Below are positions 1 through 14,800 of a DNA stretch of 64,000 nt, in pieces. Made by a program: the position numbers and the translations under genes. The first letter of the stretch is position 1; every line of letters starts with the position of its first letter. Origin of the DNA: Fimicolochytrium jonesii (taxonomy: Eukaryota); NCBI RefSeq assembly GCF_025526975.1, contig NW_026515669.1:1116001-1180000 (forward strand), given 5' to 3'. The notes under the pieces were generated by a model. That model was not told the origin of the DNA. It searched no databases and saw nothing but the letters and a program-made list of their open reading frames with translations.

Positions 1-464
1 CTTCCTCCGCGTCCTCGCCGCGTCGCCGGAGGCCCCACCCCCGCATCTAGCGCGACTCCTCCCCTACGCCCGCTCCGCGTTCGTCGACCAGCGCGTCGCG
101 GCCTGTGCGCTGTTTGCCGCCGCCGCCGCGCATGCGTGGGGCGTCACCGAGGCGAACGCCGATGCCGAGTTTGTGAGGTGGCTGCTGGAGAGGCAGGGGG
201 AGGCGGAGACTGTCGTCAAGGTATGTTTAAAACCTTTCTTTGGGTGCTGTACACACTTCTACCCCGTGTGTCCACCGACGGTTGACCCCCTTTGGCATAT
301 GGTATGCGTAGGAATGGAAGTACGCGATCATCAAGCGACTGAACACGCACCCGCTCGCGGGGCAGCTGCTTGCGCCCGATCTGCGGGCACGCTTCGGGAC
401 GTATATTGCGCAGGGCCCGTTTTATAGGGCTGTTGAGCCTGTTGTTGCTTTTGGGGGGGCGTAA
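1..464 (+). CDS. PSMD5: 26S proteasome assembly chaperone S5b/Hsm3 (PSMD5), 3' end only (partial)
   Basis: Frame from nt 2, spliced over a GT-AG intron at 221-311, gives ...HAWGVTEANADAEFVRWLLERQGEAETVVK|EWKYAIIKRL...YIAQGPFYRAVEPVVAFGGA*. This resembles the PSMD5 C-terminus (PW...GFVEYVVDR...KYELVK...YLSEGPYY). Confidence 0.75.
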
Positions 465-717
465 TCATGGAGGGGTGTCCTGTATATTGGGAGCGGCAGT
501 ATGCGTTGATGGTGAATTCACAGATGGCGGTGGGGGGATGTAGTCTATGTAGGTTTTGTGTAGATACGGTATGGTGGATTCTATGATAGGGGATTTTGAC
601 CTCAGCAGTACGCCGTGGAAATGCTGAGGCTCAACGATGCTTTGGTGCTGTGATATGGGCCCTGCCGCCCAAGTGTGCCCCCCTCACCGGTCGATCTTTG
701 CCAGTACGCAGCTTCCA

Positions 718-2625
718 TCATTGTACGAGTTTCTCGCCCACTGGTGTTCAAAGAAATGAAAAAAACGTCAGCAACAGAATCCACGAAGAGCGGCTACGTT
801 GTACTCAGGGTACTGTAGGCCGCACCAACTGCCCTCACAACACCACCACTTACTTTCCCAAAACTGCTCCTCCAGCACCGTCGCCTGCCTAAACGTATCA
901 CACAGCTGCTTGATCCTCTTCGTGTTCCCCTCAGGCACCATCTCCTCAAACAAGCTCTCCAACAGCTCCCTCCCCTCCCGCACAGCCGCCTGGAAATCCT
1001 CCTTCGCATAATTCTGGATCCACGGCCAGTAGATGTTCCCCTCTCTCTTCGTGTTGGGGTCGTTAGCGAGTCGCAGTCCGATCTCGCCGTAGCCGAGGAG
1101 GCAGGGGGCGAGGGCGACGCGCAGGTCGAGGCGGTCGCCGGACATGCCTTTTTCGAGGACGTAGCGGGTGTAGGCGAGGTTCGGGGTGGCTTCGGGGGTG
1201 GCTTCGAGGGTGGGGAGGGTGATGCCCCATTGTTCGCAGAACTGGGGTGTGTGTGTGGGGGGGGGGAGTGAAGTGAGTTGGGGGACGAGCTAGGGAACTG
1301 TGAAGGCCCGTGGAGGGTATTGACAATTTACCTTGACATGCATCTGACACTCATGCCCAATATGCACCACAATCTGCGCCGCCTTCACAATCTGCGCCAT
1401 GTCATGCTCCCGATACGCAGCCAGCGCATTCGCCCGCGCGTAATGCTTCAGGAAGATATAGTCCTGGCGAATATAGTGCTTGAAGCTCTGGATGGGCAGT
1501 GTCCCGTCCGCGAGACCGAGAACGAAGGGGTGTTCGACGTATCGCCGCCATTCTTCGGGGCAGGTGGCGAGGAGGGTTTCGACGAATGAGCGTTTGGGTT
1601 TGACGGGGCCGTTGGAGGAGACGGTGAGGGGAGAGGGGGCGGAGGGAAAGTGGTTGAGCGGGCCTGCACCGTGCCCGATGGTGAAACTTGTGGAGAGGCC
1701 TTTGGAGACGAACTCGATGGCTTCTTTCACAGCCAGTGGCACTGAGAAGCGTGGATGAATTTCGCGTTACGACGACCGAAACTACAGATATCAACGGCGC
1801 AGAGACTTACCATCCATATTCTTCGCAAGCCCCGCCGTAATCGCAGCCGACAACGTGCATCCCGTCCCATGGGTAGCCTTCGTGTCCAAAAACGGATGCA
1901 CAAACTCCACAAACTCCCGTCCATCATACAGCACATCAATCACATGCGCATCTTTCGCGCCAGCGAGTATGCTTGCCCCGCTCTTCGTCATCGGCAAATG
2001 TCCTCCCTTCACCAACACATACTTTGGTCCTAGGGCGTGTAAGGCCCTGGCGGCTGCTTTCATATCATCCAGCGACGTGACCTTCAGGCCTGATAGGGCC
2101 TCGGCTTCGGGGATGTTGGGGGTGACGACTTCGGCGATGGGGAGGAGGGTCGACCGGAGAGCTGTGACGGCGTTTTCGTTTAGGAGTCGGGCGCCGGAGG
2201 TGGATACCATCACGGGGTCTACTACGAGCCGGGTGATGCTGTATTGCTTGAAGATCTGGGCGACGGTTTCGATCGTCTCCACGTCGAAGAGCATTCCTGT
2301 TTCCCCCGGGTGTTGGTATCAGCTACGGAAGTAGAGTTGTATTAACAAAGCCACCTGCGATCATCATACCAGTCTTGGCAGCATCACACCCGATATCCTC
2401 CAGCACACTCTTAGTCTGTTCCAAGATGAAACTCGCAGGAACAGGCTGGACACCCTGCACCCCAACGGTGTTCTGGGCCGTCAGAGCGGTGAGTACCGAT
2501 GTGCCATAAACCGAGAGAGTGTTGAAGGTCTTGAGGTCGGCCTGGATGCCGGCCCCGCCGCCGGAGTCAGACCCGGCGACGGTGAGCGCTCGGGGAACCC
2601 TTTTGCTGGTCGTCGTGTCTTCCAT
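718..2625 (-). CDS. THI20: Hydroxymethylpyrimidine/phosphomethylpyrimidine kinase fused to TenA (thiaminase II), multi-exon
   Basis: ThiD motifs [40 protein letters not shown] and [12 protein letters not shown] are followed by TenA motifs [31 protein letters not shown] and EEQFW. The last short exon (MGEKLVQ*) ends at 718. Confidence 0.93.
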
Positions 2626-3339
2626 GGCGCACATGGCTCTGGGACGCGAGGCTGGTTTTCGCGAGGATGAGGGTTGCTGTTGACTGGCAGCCTGCAGGTC
2701 AAGTTGGTGAACAGCGCCAACGTCTGACAAACGCAATGCGCGCGCGTCGACAGAGCGCATCTTGTGAGCAACGTTCACATCTTCCCCAGTTCACTCCCCA
2801 TTCCGTACTGCGACCCCGTCGGGACAGCAGGGTGCAGCATACGGGGGAGAACGACCACTGTGCTACGGGAAAAATGATATAGCCAGCTTGCAAAGAATAT
2901 GCATAACCCACCTATGCGCGACGACCAGTCTACCGCCCTTTGATGGTTCCTACTCTGCTACTCTGAGAGAGGTGGACCCCTTAACAACAACAACCAAATG
3001 CGGAACCCCTATGCGCTTGTACTATATATGGTCCATCGGTGCTTGCTGCTGGAGCGCAATCCCTTTGGGGCGAAGCTTCTGCAAGCAAGTCGACCGACAA
3101 GTACACGAATTAATCCATGTGCGCTCCTCGAAATGCACGTGACCCCACGCCTTGTCCGCCATTTTATCTTTCGAACGGGTCTTTCCCAATTGCGAGTTCC
3201 GTTGCAGCAATTACCACCCAGACCCCCACGTTAGAGGATCTCGTACCGTACGCAAGTGACCCCGGCGAGCCTGCCCAGCTGTACCTCCTTCTCCCGTACA
3301 TACGTCTTTGCAAAGCGCCACCCAGGGCCTCTCTGAGCC

Positions 3340-5438
<2,099 letters not shown>

Positions 5439-6422
5439 AAGCACATGCCTTGGTGTTTCTTCACAACGTCTGCAATAACAATGAGAGCTCTGCTGGGCGG
5501 GTCTGCGAAAGAGGGTCGTCCGGGTGGGGTTGGGTGAGGTTGGGGCCGCAACTATCGGATGTCCCGTGTGTCGATGCGGCATGACGTGCTCGTTGAGGAA
5601 GTTGTGTTGGGGTCCGAGTAGCTCGGATGTCGTTGGTCTATTGTATATAAATCTCCCGCGTTGCATTGGAATGGTTCTGAATATTAGTGCAGGTGCAAAT
5701 GCAACCCTGGTTTTTGATTTCATTGAAGACTTCCGTTTGTGGAAGACACCACTGCTGGGGCAACTCCCCGCTCGTGCGCGTAGAGAGAGCATGGTGGATG
5801 GTGCGTCCTATCATATTTGAACTGCAAAGGGATGCACATCTGAGGGAGGTGGCGGCCTAGAGCTGCTCATACGCCCTATAGCCTTTGGGCAACGTTCTGC
5901 TCAACCGTCGACGCAAGTCTCCATCCACTGATGCGAGCTTCCACCATCATGCCATGCGCTTCAGACCCTTCAATCTCCCGCTCTTCAATCTCGAATCTCT
6001 TGTCCGCAATGAGCCAAAATTGAGTATTATTTCAGAATCCGGATACGGTCTCTTTCTCGTCGCGTATCTGCCTACTCCTCCTTCCCAAAAAAAAAAAACA
6101 GGCCAGCGTCTACTGAGATCGCCCTACTTGCCCTGGCCTTCGTGCCTCTTGCTCCTCCTTTTGTGCGGCCATTGGCATTTGCCAACTTGCGGCGGTTGGC
6201 CATTTCCCGGCCATAAACTGGCAGGCAGCGGCATGTTGCGATCTGCAGCAATCCATCGCTCGGATGGCGCACTGACTGCGGAGGATGGCTTCCCTCACAA
6301 TCCCAGAGGGCGCATCTCGCCACACTCACTTCACTCGCCGTCGCCGGCTTCCCATTCGCACTGCCTCTAACCCCAAAATCACTCTCCAAAACTTCAAACC
6401 CTCACCACCAAAACCTCGCCCG

Positions 6423-7037
6423 TCAAGCATTCTCCACCGGATCCATCCCCTCATCATCACTCATCCTCCCCACCTCCTCATCCCCATAATCCAGCCCCGC
6501 CTCCTCCTGGAACCGCCAATCATGCTCCTGCCGCCTAAGCCCCACATCCCAATCATTCTCATCTTCCTCGGCATACGCGGGCGCATTCTCGGTGCGTTCT
6601 GACTCTTCGTCGGATTCTTCCGCACGACGAGCCGGTGAGGAGGCGTCCAGGAGCATGAACTCCTCGCCTTCAGTGGCGCAGTAGGAGGCTTCGAGATCGT
6701 GTATCGGTTGGGTGTTGGCTGTGTCGCCGTTGTCGAGGGTCATGAGGCCGCCGGCGGTGGTTGTGTCGTCTTCTATGTAGTCCTCGCCGTCGTTACGTTC
6801 TGCGAGGCTTGGTGGTAACGACCGCTCGTCAGCTTCGAATGCTGACGAGGACGTCAGAAGAGAGGATGCGGGGATGTCGGGGTGATGATCGGCGGACGGC
6901 GCGAGCGTACTGGGTGTACTCCATGAGTGGTGAGGGGTGGACAAGGGGGCGGCGCTGGCTAACGGCGACGTGGGAGCTGCCTTGAGGAGTTGTGGGAAGA
7001 CTCCGGTGGTAGTAGCGGTGGGTTGAAAGGTGGACAT
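6423..7037 (-). CDS. Hypothetical acidic, low-complexity protein (204 aa)
   Basis: ATG-initiated single ORF, divergent from the DUF1365 gene, with a plausible codon pattern but no recognisable domain. Confidence 0.45.
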   Translation of the reverse strand: MSTFQPTATTTGVFPQLLKAAPTSPLASAAPLSTPHHSWSTPSTLAPSADHHPDIPASSLLTSSSAFEADERSLPPSLAERNDGEDYIEDDTTTAGGLMTLDNGDTANTQPIHDLEASYCATEGEEFMLLDASSPARRAEESDEESERTENAPAYAEEDENDWDVGLRRQEHDWRFQEEAGLDYGDEEVGRMSDDEGMDPVENA

Positions 7038-7240
7038 CTTATTGAATGAGTGTGCTGAAATCTGCTAAATGTGGAGGCTGCTTTGGAGGTGGAAAACGGA
7101 CGTCATGCTCACTGCCAAAGCGTCTCGCGGGCGTTTCCACCACCCGTGCACATGCAAGGCTCAGCAAGAACCCCATCACCACCCACACGACTTGGCTGAA
7201 AGGAACTGGGAGAAACTCCACCCCAACGTCCCCGTACGCC

Positions 7241-9425
7241 ATGACTGAAAGCCAGGTTGTTCCTGTAGCGGACCCATCCCTCCTCGGCCTCCTCACCGAC
7301 CCCACAACAACACCAGCACACACCCGTCTCCTCCCCCTAGCAGCAACAGCAGCGCTATGCACAGTCGGCTTCTACATCCTCACTAGATGGCTCAACCCAA
7401 CTCCTAAAAGCAAAAGCAAAGTTACACCACGGCATAGGATCTACCGCGCCCAAACGCACCACGCCCGATATATCCCCGTTCGACACTCGTTCCGATATCC
7501 GCTTTTTTACTTTGGAGTTGATTTGGTGGAAGGGAACGATGGTGATCTAGGGGAGGATGGTGGTGGATGGTTTAGAAATGCGGTGGGGGCGCGATGGGTC
7601 GGATGGGGAAGAAAGGCGGTGTTTGCGATATGGGCGAAGGATCATTTGATGCAGGAGGAGGTCGTTGATGGTGAGGGTGGGAAGCGGATTGGGGAGTTGG
7701 GGAGGTTAAGATTGAAGCTGTTCAAGGTTTTACGGGATTTCGTAAGTACCACTGGCGAGATGGAAGGTGGATGATGGTGAGATAGAACGACTGCGGGCCG
7801 GAAGTCTACTGGAGAGCGAAGCGAGGTGCTAGCGTCAGTCAGCATTCCGGCGTCTGACGAGCGAAGCCAGCGCTACGGGGGACAGCGAGCATTCATGATG
7901 GTGGAGCGCCTCGCTCAATATCCCTATCGCGAGTGGAGCGAGCACCATAACATTTCCACATCCGCGGACCCAGCCGATTCGCTTGAGAGCGATGAACGCA
8001 ACCTTCCTTCTCCTGCCCACGATTCTTCTTTCTCACTTCCTGCGACCGATGTGATCCTTGACTGAATGCACCTCTACCCACATCCCATGCATAGGAGGTT
8101 GATACAACCGACATAGGCCTAGTCGAATTCCTGACGACGCCGCGAGTCTTTGGATACAATTTCAACCCGCTGAGCGTGTACTACTGCTACGACAAAACGA
8201 ACAACATCCGCGCAATCGTGTTGGAAGTGAATAACACCTTCAGCGAGCGGCACGTCTACGTTTGCGATCACCGTAATCAGATGGATACGAAAGTCGCTGG
8301 GTACGTACCAGGGGACATTGCTTCCCAAAAAACTATCCCAGAGATGCGGAAAACTTACAGTCCTTCATGTCTCCGACCAGCTACCCGCTCTCCTACACCC
8401 TAAACCGCTCCTTCCATGTCTCCCCTTTCAACAACCGAAGTGGCACGTACGAAGCGCACTTCACCGACCCATTGAGCGAAGGAGGAAAGATGGACATCCT
8501 CCTCAACATCAAGCGCTACACAGACGGCTCCACCACCCCATCAACCACCCCAGCAACACACTACCCGATTTGGCTAACTGCCCGAGTCTACGGCACATCC
8601 CACCCTCTAACTCGCACCGCCGCCGTCAGCCTCCTCCTCTCATACCCCCTCACAGCCTTCCTCACCGTCCCGCGGATCCTGCTCGAGGCCGCAAAACTGC
8701 GGTTCACGCATAAACTGACTGTATATCAGAAACCGGGACAGTACGCGGCCGCGCCGAGTGGGAAGGCGGTCAAATGGAGTAAACTGGGCGGGTTGAATGC
8801 GGCATGTGCGGAGTATGTGGGCATGTGGTTGAGGGACGTGTGCGCAAAGAAGGGCGTCAGCGTGGATGTCGTGCTTTGGGATGGGACGCAGCTGGGTGGA
8901 GTGACAACGTCGGGCGACTCATCAACACCAGCAATCACAATAAGAGCGATAACGCCTTCGTTTTTCACCACGCTTGCCGCCGCACCCACCGACATCGGTA
9001 CCGCCCTCCTCTGCACATTCGTCCGTGGCGACTGGACCTGTACTTCCAATGAGTTACGTCTTTTTCTTTCCGCTTTGCGGAGAGCCACATCCCCATCGCC
9101 TTTGACGGCATCATCACATTTCCCACAATTACCCGGATTCACACCCCTCCCGCCACCATCCACCGCCCTGCTACGCGTCCAGATCGCATGGGGATTGGCG
9201 AAACTGCACGTTGCCCAGAAGCTGTTCAAGTCCGTGGCGAATTTCGCGGTCGACCCGTATGACGTCAGGACGAGGATTGAGGGGTATTGGGTGGGCGAGG
9301 GTGTCGCTGATGAAGAAGATGAGTATGAAGAGATTGAGAAACGCGCGTACGCGGTGGATGATGGGAGCCGCACCCGGAAGATCGAGAGCGCACGGATGCG
9401 TGTGTTTCTTCGATGTTTGGAATGA
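7241..9425 (+). CDS. DUF1365 family protein with N-terminal TM helix; 3 exons (introns ~7742-8094, ~8300-8380)
   Basis: Motifs THHARYIPVRHSFRYPLFYFGVDL, TTPRVFGYNFNPLSVYYC, VLEVNNTFSERHVY, FHVSPFN and PLTAFLTVPRILLEAAKL. Confidence 0.88.
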
Positions 9426-9681
9426 ACGCGGGCGAGGACTGGGGCGAGATGATTCCTGGGGATGTACGGGATGAGGAGGGACTATATGTTGAAGCTACAC
9501 GATGGACGGCGTAAAATTCAGACGTGTTTATGAGAACATGTTTCGCTGCGAGAGCTAACCCTCGCCACTTGCAACTACTGTACATACTATCACTTTTCCT
9601 ATGCGATGCCATGCCCTATATACATATGCACTGATGCGACGACAGTTACAGTTGTTACCTATGATTCTGCCTGAATAGATT

Positions 9682-10900
9682 CTAAGCTTTGTTCTCGAAC
9701 GTCGTCTTGCCTCCCTTGGTCGTGACGACATACAGGCCGCCGTTGTCGGGCGTCTCCTCGCCAGCCGCCCAACCGTACACCCTCCTGGATAGAAGGAAGT
9801 GAAAGCCGAGTACGCATAAGTCGTAGGTACTCTTGACACGGAACAGACGGTTGTACTCACTTGGCCACGGCGTCCAAAGGTGTCCATGAGGAGTGATCTG
9901 CATCCGGCATGAACTTGCGGTTCATCGGTGTGTCCAGCGTGACGCTTTGTGTATTGCTGTTGTCAGGTCCGGACAAATCAAACGGAACTGAAACAAACGA
10001 GTACCGCACTTACGGTAGGATCCTGTCAAGCCAAACCAGTATGAGAGATAGATCATCAAGTGACCAAACTGACCATAAACTTACGCGACAGCTTTCGCTC
10101 CAGTCGGGAGGCCACTTCCAGAGCCGGCCAGTGACTTGACGAGGTGATGAGTAGACGCTTTGGCGAGGCCGTACGCAATCTGCGGTTTCACATCAAGGGA
10201 CATCAACGTTTGCGAACTCTACCTGGACCCGTCACCTTCGATCAAGATGTGTGCCTACCATCCCTACCACAAAACTGTCAGTTTCGAAAATAGTGCAATC
10301 CCTTGTCACCTCACATTTGACTCGACCTACCTGGTGTGCCATCCAAAGCCGCAGCCGCGCCAACCAATGTGACCAAACCGCCTCTACGAAGTCCGTTCCA
10401 TGTTAGCATCACCTCAAAACATCTTCTACGCATGCACACATCATCCATAACCTACTCCTTCAAATGCTTCCCAGCCAACCTCGCCGCAATAACCGACGAA
10501 TTGACACTCTGCCCCAGCATCGTCGCTACATTCTTATAGATTGCCTCATCCGCAAGGTTTCCGCCGGCCCACCCGCCAGCCGCATTCACCACCGTATCCA
10601 ACTTCGGCGCATCAGCCCCCTTCCATACGTCCAGCACCTTTTTCTCAACGTCCAGTCCGGATTTTTCGAGGTCGGAGGCGGTGGAGATGTCGAGGATGAC
10701 GTTGTGGGTGGCGTCGACGTTGGGTGTGAAATCGATGGAGGTCACTGTCTGCGGAATTGTGGGTTAGACGCAGGTAGAACGAGGAGGGGAAATTGCCATG
10801 GGCGACAATTCGCACCTACCCACTGTGATTTCCGGAACTGCCCAACCAGAGCGCGACCAAGTGCTCCGGCGCCGCCGTACACGAGTGCGTGTGCTGTCAT
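9682..10900 (-). CDS. QDPR: Dihydropteridine reductase (SDR family), many exons including micro-exons
   Basis: [11 protein letters not shown]ossmann motif, AGGWAGG, GTPGMIAYGLAK and [25 protein letters not shown], all reconstructed across GT-AG introns. Confidence 0.93.
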
Positions 10901-11888
10901 GGTGTGTTTCCGTGTCGATTGTCAAATTTGGTTGATGTCGGTCGAGGTCATTGAAGTCGCAGTTGCTCAAGACGCGCCGTGCAAAGGCCCAAACGTGACC
11001 ACTCCGCGCGTAGCCCAGAACCCTCTAACCCCAGCCCACACAGCTCGCACATCGCGCACATCGAGGCATTTTGACTTCCCTCGGAGTCGGTTGGCTAGTA
11101 TCATCGATCTGCCACTCACCGCCCGCCCCACACATCGAAACAACCGGGGCAAGTGCACAGGGTCTCCAGCAGCGGCAGCTTCCAGTTTAATGACCGTCGC
11201 GTGGTCCTTCCGAGATGGAGCAATCCAGATCCAAATCGTATTTTGAGATAGGCCCCATCTGCGCACATGGCAGAATCCCGCTCTTTCGATCCCATCCGCA
11301 CGGAAAAAAGGTGGGTGCGAGAACTGGAAGGGAACAAATTCGATAAAGGCCGCTCGCGGGAAATGGTTCGCTTGTCGTTCGGCGCCGCAGACGAGTGGTT
11401 TCTCGCCCGGCCGTCAATGAATCAAAGTGTAGGCAGTCAAGTGAGACTGTGGATAGCCACACTTATGATTGGAAAGCACATGAACCAAATGCAGTGCTAT
11501 TTGAGGAAGCACCACGGTGCAAAAGCAAGGCCGGGTGCACATTTGAATCAATGCATAATCTTGATACCAGCGTCCGATCCCGCTTTCCTCCATGTTGCGC
11601 GAGGGCATAAAGGACATTGATACAGATTATATGCGATTCCATTATACATAACCAAAAACATGCCCCTTCATGCTAGCCAACATTTTTCGTCGATAAAGAT
11701 GCACCACGATGGATCACGGGAAAAAAGAAGTAAACAGAAAGAGGGACAAATAGTATTGACATCGGAAAAGGGCCCTATTCCCCGTCTTCGCGAGGACACT
11801 CTCAAAGTGCCATTCGGATGGGTTGAGGGGAGGATGAAGGGTAATGAGAGGGAACGAAAAGGGAAGCGCCGATAACGGCATTATCTAA

Positions 11889-14800
11889 TCACTGCTTCGG
11901 CTGCTGGTCATAGGGCGGCTGCTGGTCATAAGGCGGCTGCTCGTACGGTTGGGCGTTTCCGGTGGGCGTATAGAACTTTCCCTCATCCGATTCTGTTGGG
12001 CCTTCAGGCTCCGACAAATTTGGCGTGGCACCGGTCTTCTCCTTTGAGCGCTCGGTGGGGGCAGCACCGTTGTTGTTGTTGCTAAGCTCAGGCGACTGTG
12101 GCCGCGTCTCGTCTAGGGACGTGAACGGGTCGTTGTCTTCATCGGGGTCTAATGGAAAGACGTTGAGCCAAAATATCCCTGAATGGTTGAAATCCCACAC
12201 AATGCTCATTTGACATCATTTACATACCTTCATGCTCTTGCGCTAACACCTCAATGGGCACGTGGACTTTCCCATAGATGTCCATGGTCGTGTTCTGATG
12301 GATCGCCTCACCAATAGTCTCAACGAGGTTGGTCACGAGCGGCGTGGCATACACATTACGGGCGTCCTTCGGGATCCACACATTGAGCGCGGCCAAGCGG
12401 CGGAGGGCGGGGTGCAGGAACACGCCCTCGAGCTCTTCGCCGTTGATGTTGGACGACACGGCGCTGACGGGCGACTGTGGTTTGCTGGTGGGCGAAAGCT
12501 GCTGGCGTGGGGACGTGACTTCTTCCGCGCTGGCGCCTGGGTGGATGCGGCCGGAACGAGGAGGCCGTTGGCGGATACTATCTGCTGTACCGGAGTGGTG
12601 TGTTGTGTTGGATTCGGCGCGCTCGTGGGGACGCGCGTATTCAGAGTCCACAACGACCTGGATCGCGGTGTTTCGCGCTGGCGACGCTTGAGTGACGCTG
12701 GACGTACGGGCGGGGGCGACGGGTTCCACTGAATCCACGTGGTGATTATCTTCCTCATCACTCTCCTCATTGGCGTCGCCAGGAGCTCGCGGTTCAATTG
12801 TCTTGTTCTTTCCTCCAACAGCGTCGCCACCGTGACCGCCGGCGGCCTTGGCAGCGGTACGTCCACCGTCAGCCTCCAACTTCATGAACTCGTTGTAAAT
12901 CTCCTCGTCCATGCTGATTTCCCGCTCCCGTCCAATGTCCACGGCGGCCTTTGCGGGCACGTTGTTCATCAGGTTAGTGTACGGCGTTGCGTAGCCCGTG
13001 TGCATGGCGATGGTGACCAGAATAGACAGAGCGACCAGGGCTGTCTGCACCCAAGCGGTTTTCGTTATGAAAATGAAGATCATGACCAGTTCATGGAAGT
13101 AAAGCCCAATGAAGAGCTTCTTGGCAGCAATGTGCAAGTAGAAGCCTCCAGTTTGCAGGCGAGTCGCGTATACATATCTATCAAGGCATACCGTTAGTCG
13201 AACGAACCTCTCTTCTGGAAAATCTCACAAATGAAACTTACTGCATCTGGTAAGAATAGACGATGTACCACAGTCCAAAGTAAACAGTGCAAATGATAGC
13301 AATCATAGGAGCAAGTGTCATGTAAATGATGCCGATGGTAGCAATGAAGCTGTGGTTGGCGAGAGGTACACCACTCAAAAATAACTTGGGCTGCGAAAGC
13401 CTCCAGATGGCCCGAGGGGTCCCGCCGAGGAACTTGAGCATCAAGGGTTTCACGATGAGGTTGGCAATCTGCAAGATTTCACCCGCCGGACCACTGAGCG
13501 CCAACAAGGTAACGTAGTTGATGTAGAAGGTCGAGACGTTGGGTACAGTTGTAGCCAGCGTTTCCAAGACTTTCGAAGGGTTGTCCTTGAGTTGTTGAGC
13601 GGTGGCCGCGATGGACCCGGAGATGGTCATGACCAAGAAAATGTTGAAGAAAACGAATCCATAGTACTGAGTGAGAAGATTCTTCTCCTGAGCTGTCGTT
13701 GTCATGGCCCCAGAAAAGTTGGTGAAGACTAGATGAAGGTATTGAGAATGCAGTTGAGCACATGGAGAATTGTAGCCACTTAGGCATCGGGATGTTCAAC
13801 AACAGACGAGACTAAGACTTACATCGCAGAATCACTGGCAGCAGAGAAAACAATACGGCGATTGCCACAGTAGGCAGGACACCCTGGAGGATACCCTTGA
13901 CAGCAGAGGGAATATTCCCGATCCAATTCAGGAATGGTGCCAAGTTTGCAAGATTATCCAGTTGGGCAATACCCGCGAAAAACGCACAAATGACAGCCCA
14001 GAAGATGATCAGCGCTGAGAGGGCAGCGCTAGAGATGAGCCCTTTGACCATCCTAACTTCAGCGCGTTGTCCGAGGTTGTGCCAGAGAACATCTTCCATT
14101 TCGACAACGGCCTGTTTGTCAGCCATCAGGGTGGGGTTGCCGTGAAGGACGGTGGTCGCCACCACATGGGGTGTGTACAAATCCGAGAACACCACAAACG
14201 CAGCGCCGTCAACTTTTTCGCCAGCAGCCTTCCGTTTGCGTGCGATGCGATTTCCGTCATCCCCGTAGAGGAATCGTTTCATTTGATGCGTAGTGTCGTC
14301 GAGTACATCGATCTCCGGACCAAAGAGAATATACTTCTTCCGCTTAGGTCGGTGCTTCTGGAGGACATCGTCCGGAACGCTGTCCAATCCGGTGGCAGCA
14401 GCTCCTGTTCGGGCGTCAAATTCCGCTGACAACCCCTGCTTCTTTTGTTCGGCGGTCACAGATTTGTTAACGTTGGCCATGTAAGTTGTAGCGATCTTCT
14501 CGACTTTGTCGCGGAAAGAGATCTCCTCTTTGTGAACCTTGGCGAAATTTCCGATCTCTCTAACCAGCACCACGTGAACAACCTTGCCTGGCGCAATCCT
14601 CTCGAACAATTCGCGAAGGAGGCCCGTGTCGCGCAGATCGTGTGGAATGTCGCGGACTAGCAAGGTGTACCCAGAGAGGGAGTTCCTCTGTCTCTTGCTG
14701 AGCAAGAATTCGTGTCGCAACCAGGCAGCTTTTTGGAGCATGGTCACAATGATATAAAGGGTTCCAGCGACAAAGAGGAGGGACAAGATCAGAGTTGCCC

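Noticed and set aside
718..3000. TPP riboswitch associated with the thiamine gene THI20
   Set aside because: No sense-strand CTGAGA...CCTGA/GAACTTGATC aptamer core was found in the introns or the 5' region.
7790..7985. RNase P/MRP RNA in the DUF1365 intron
   Set aside because: GGAAGTC and ACCCAGCCGATT resemble the conserved regions but cannot form the P4 helix together.
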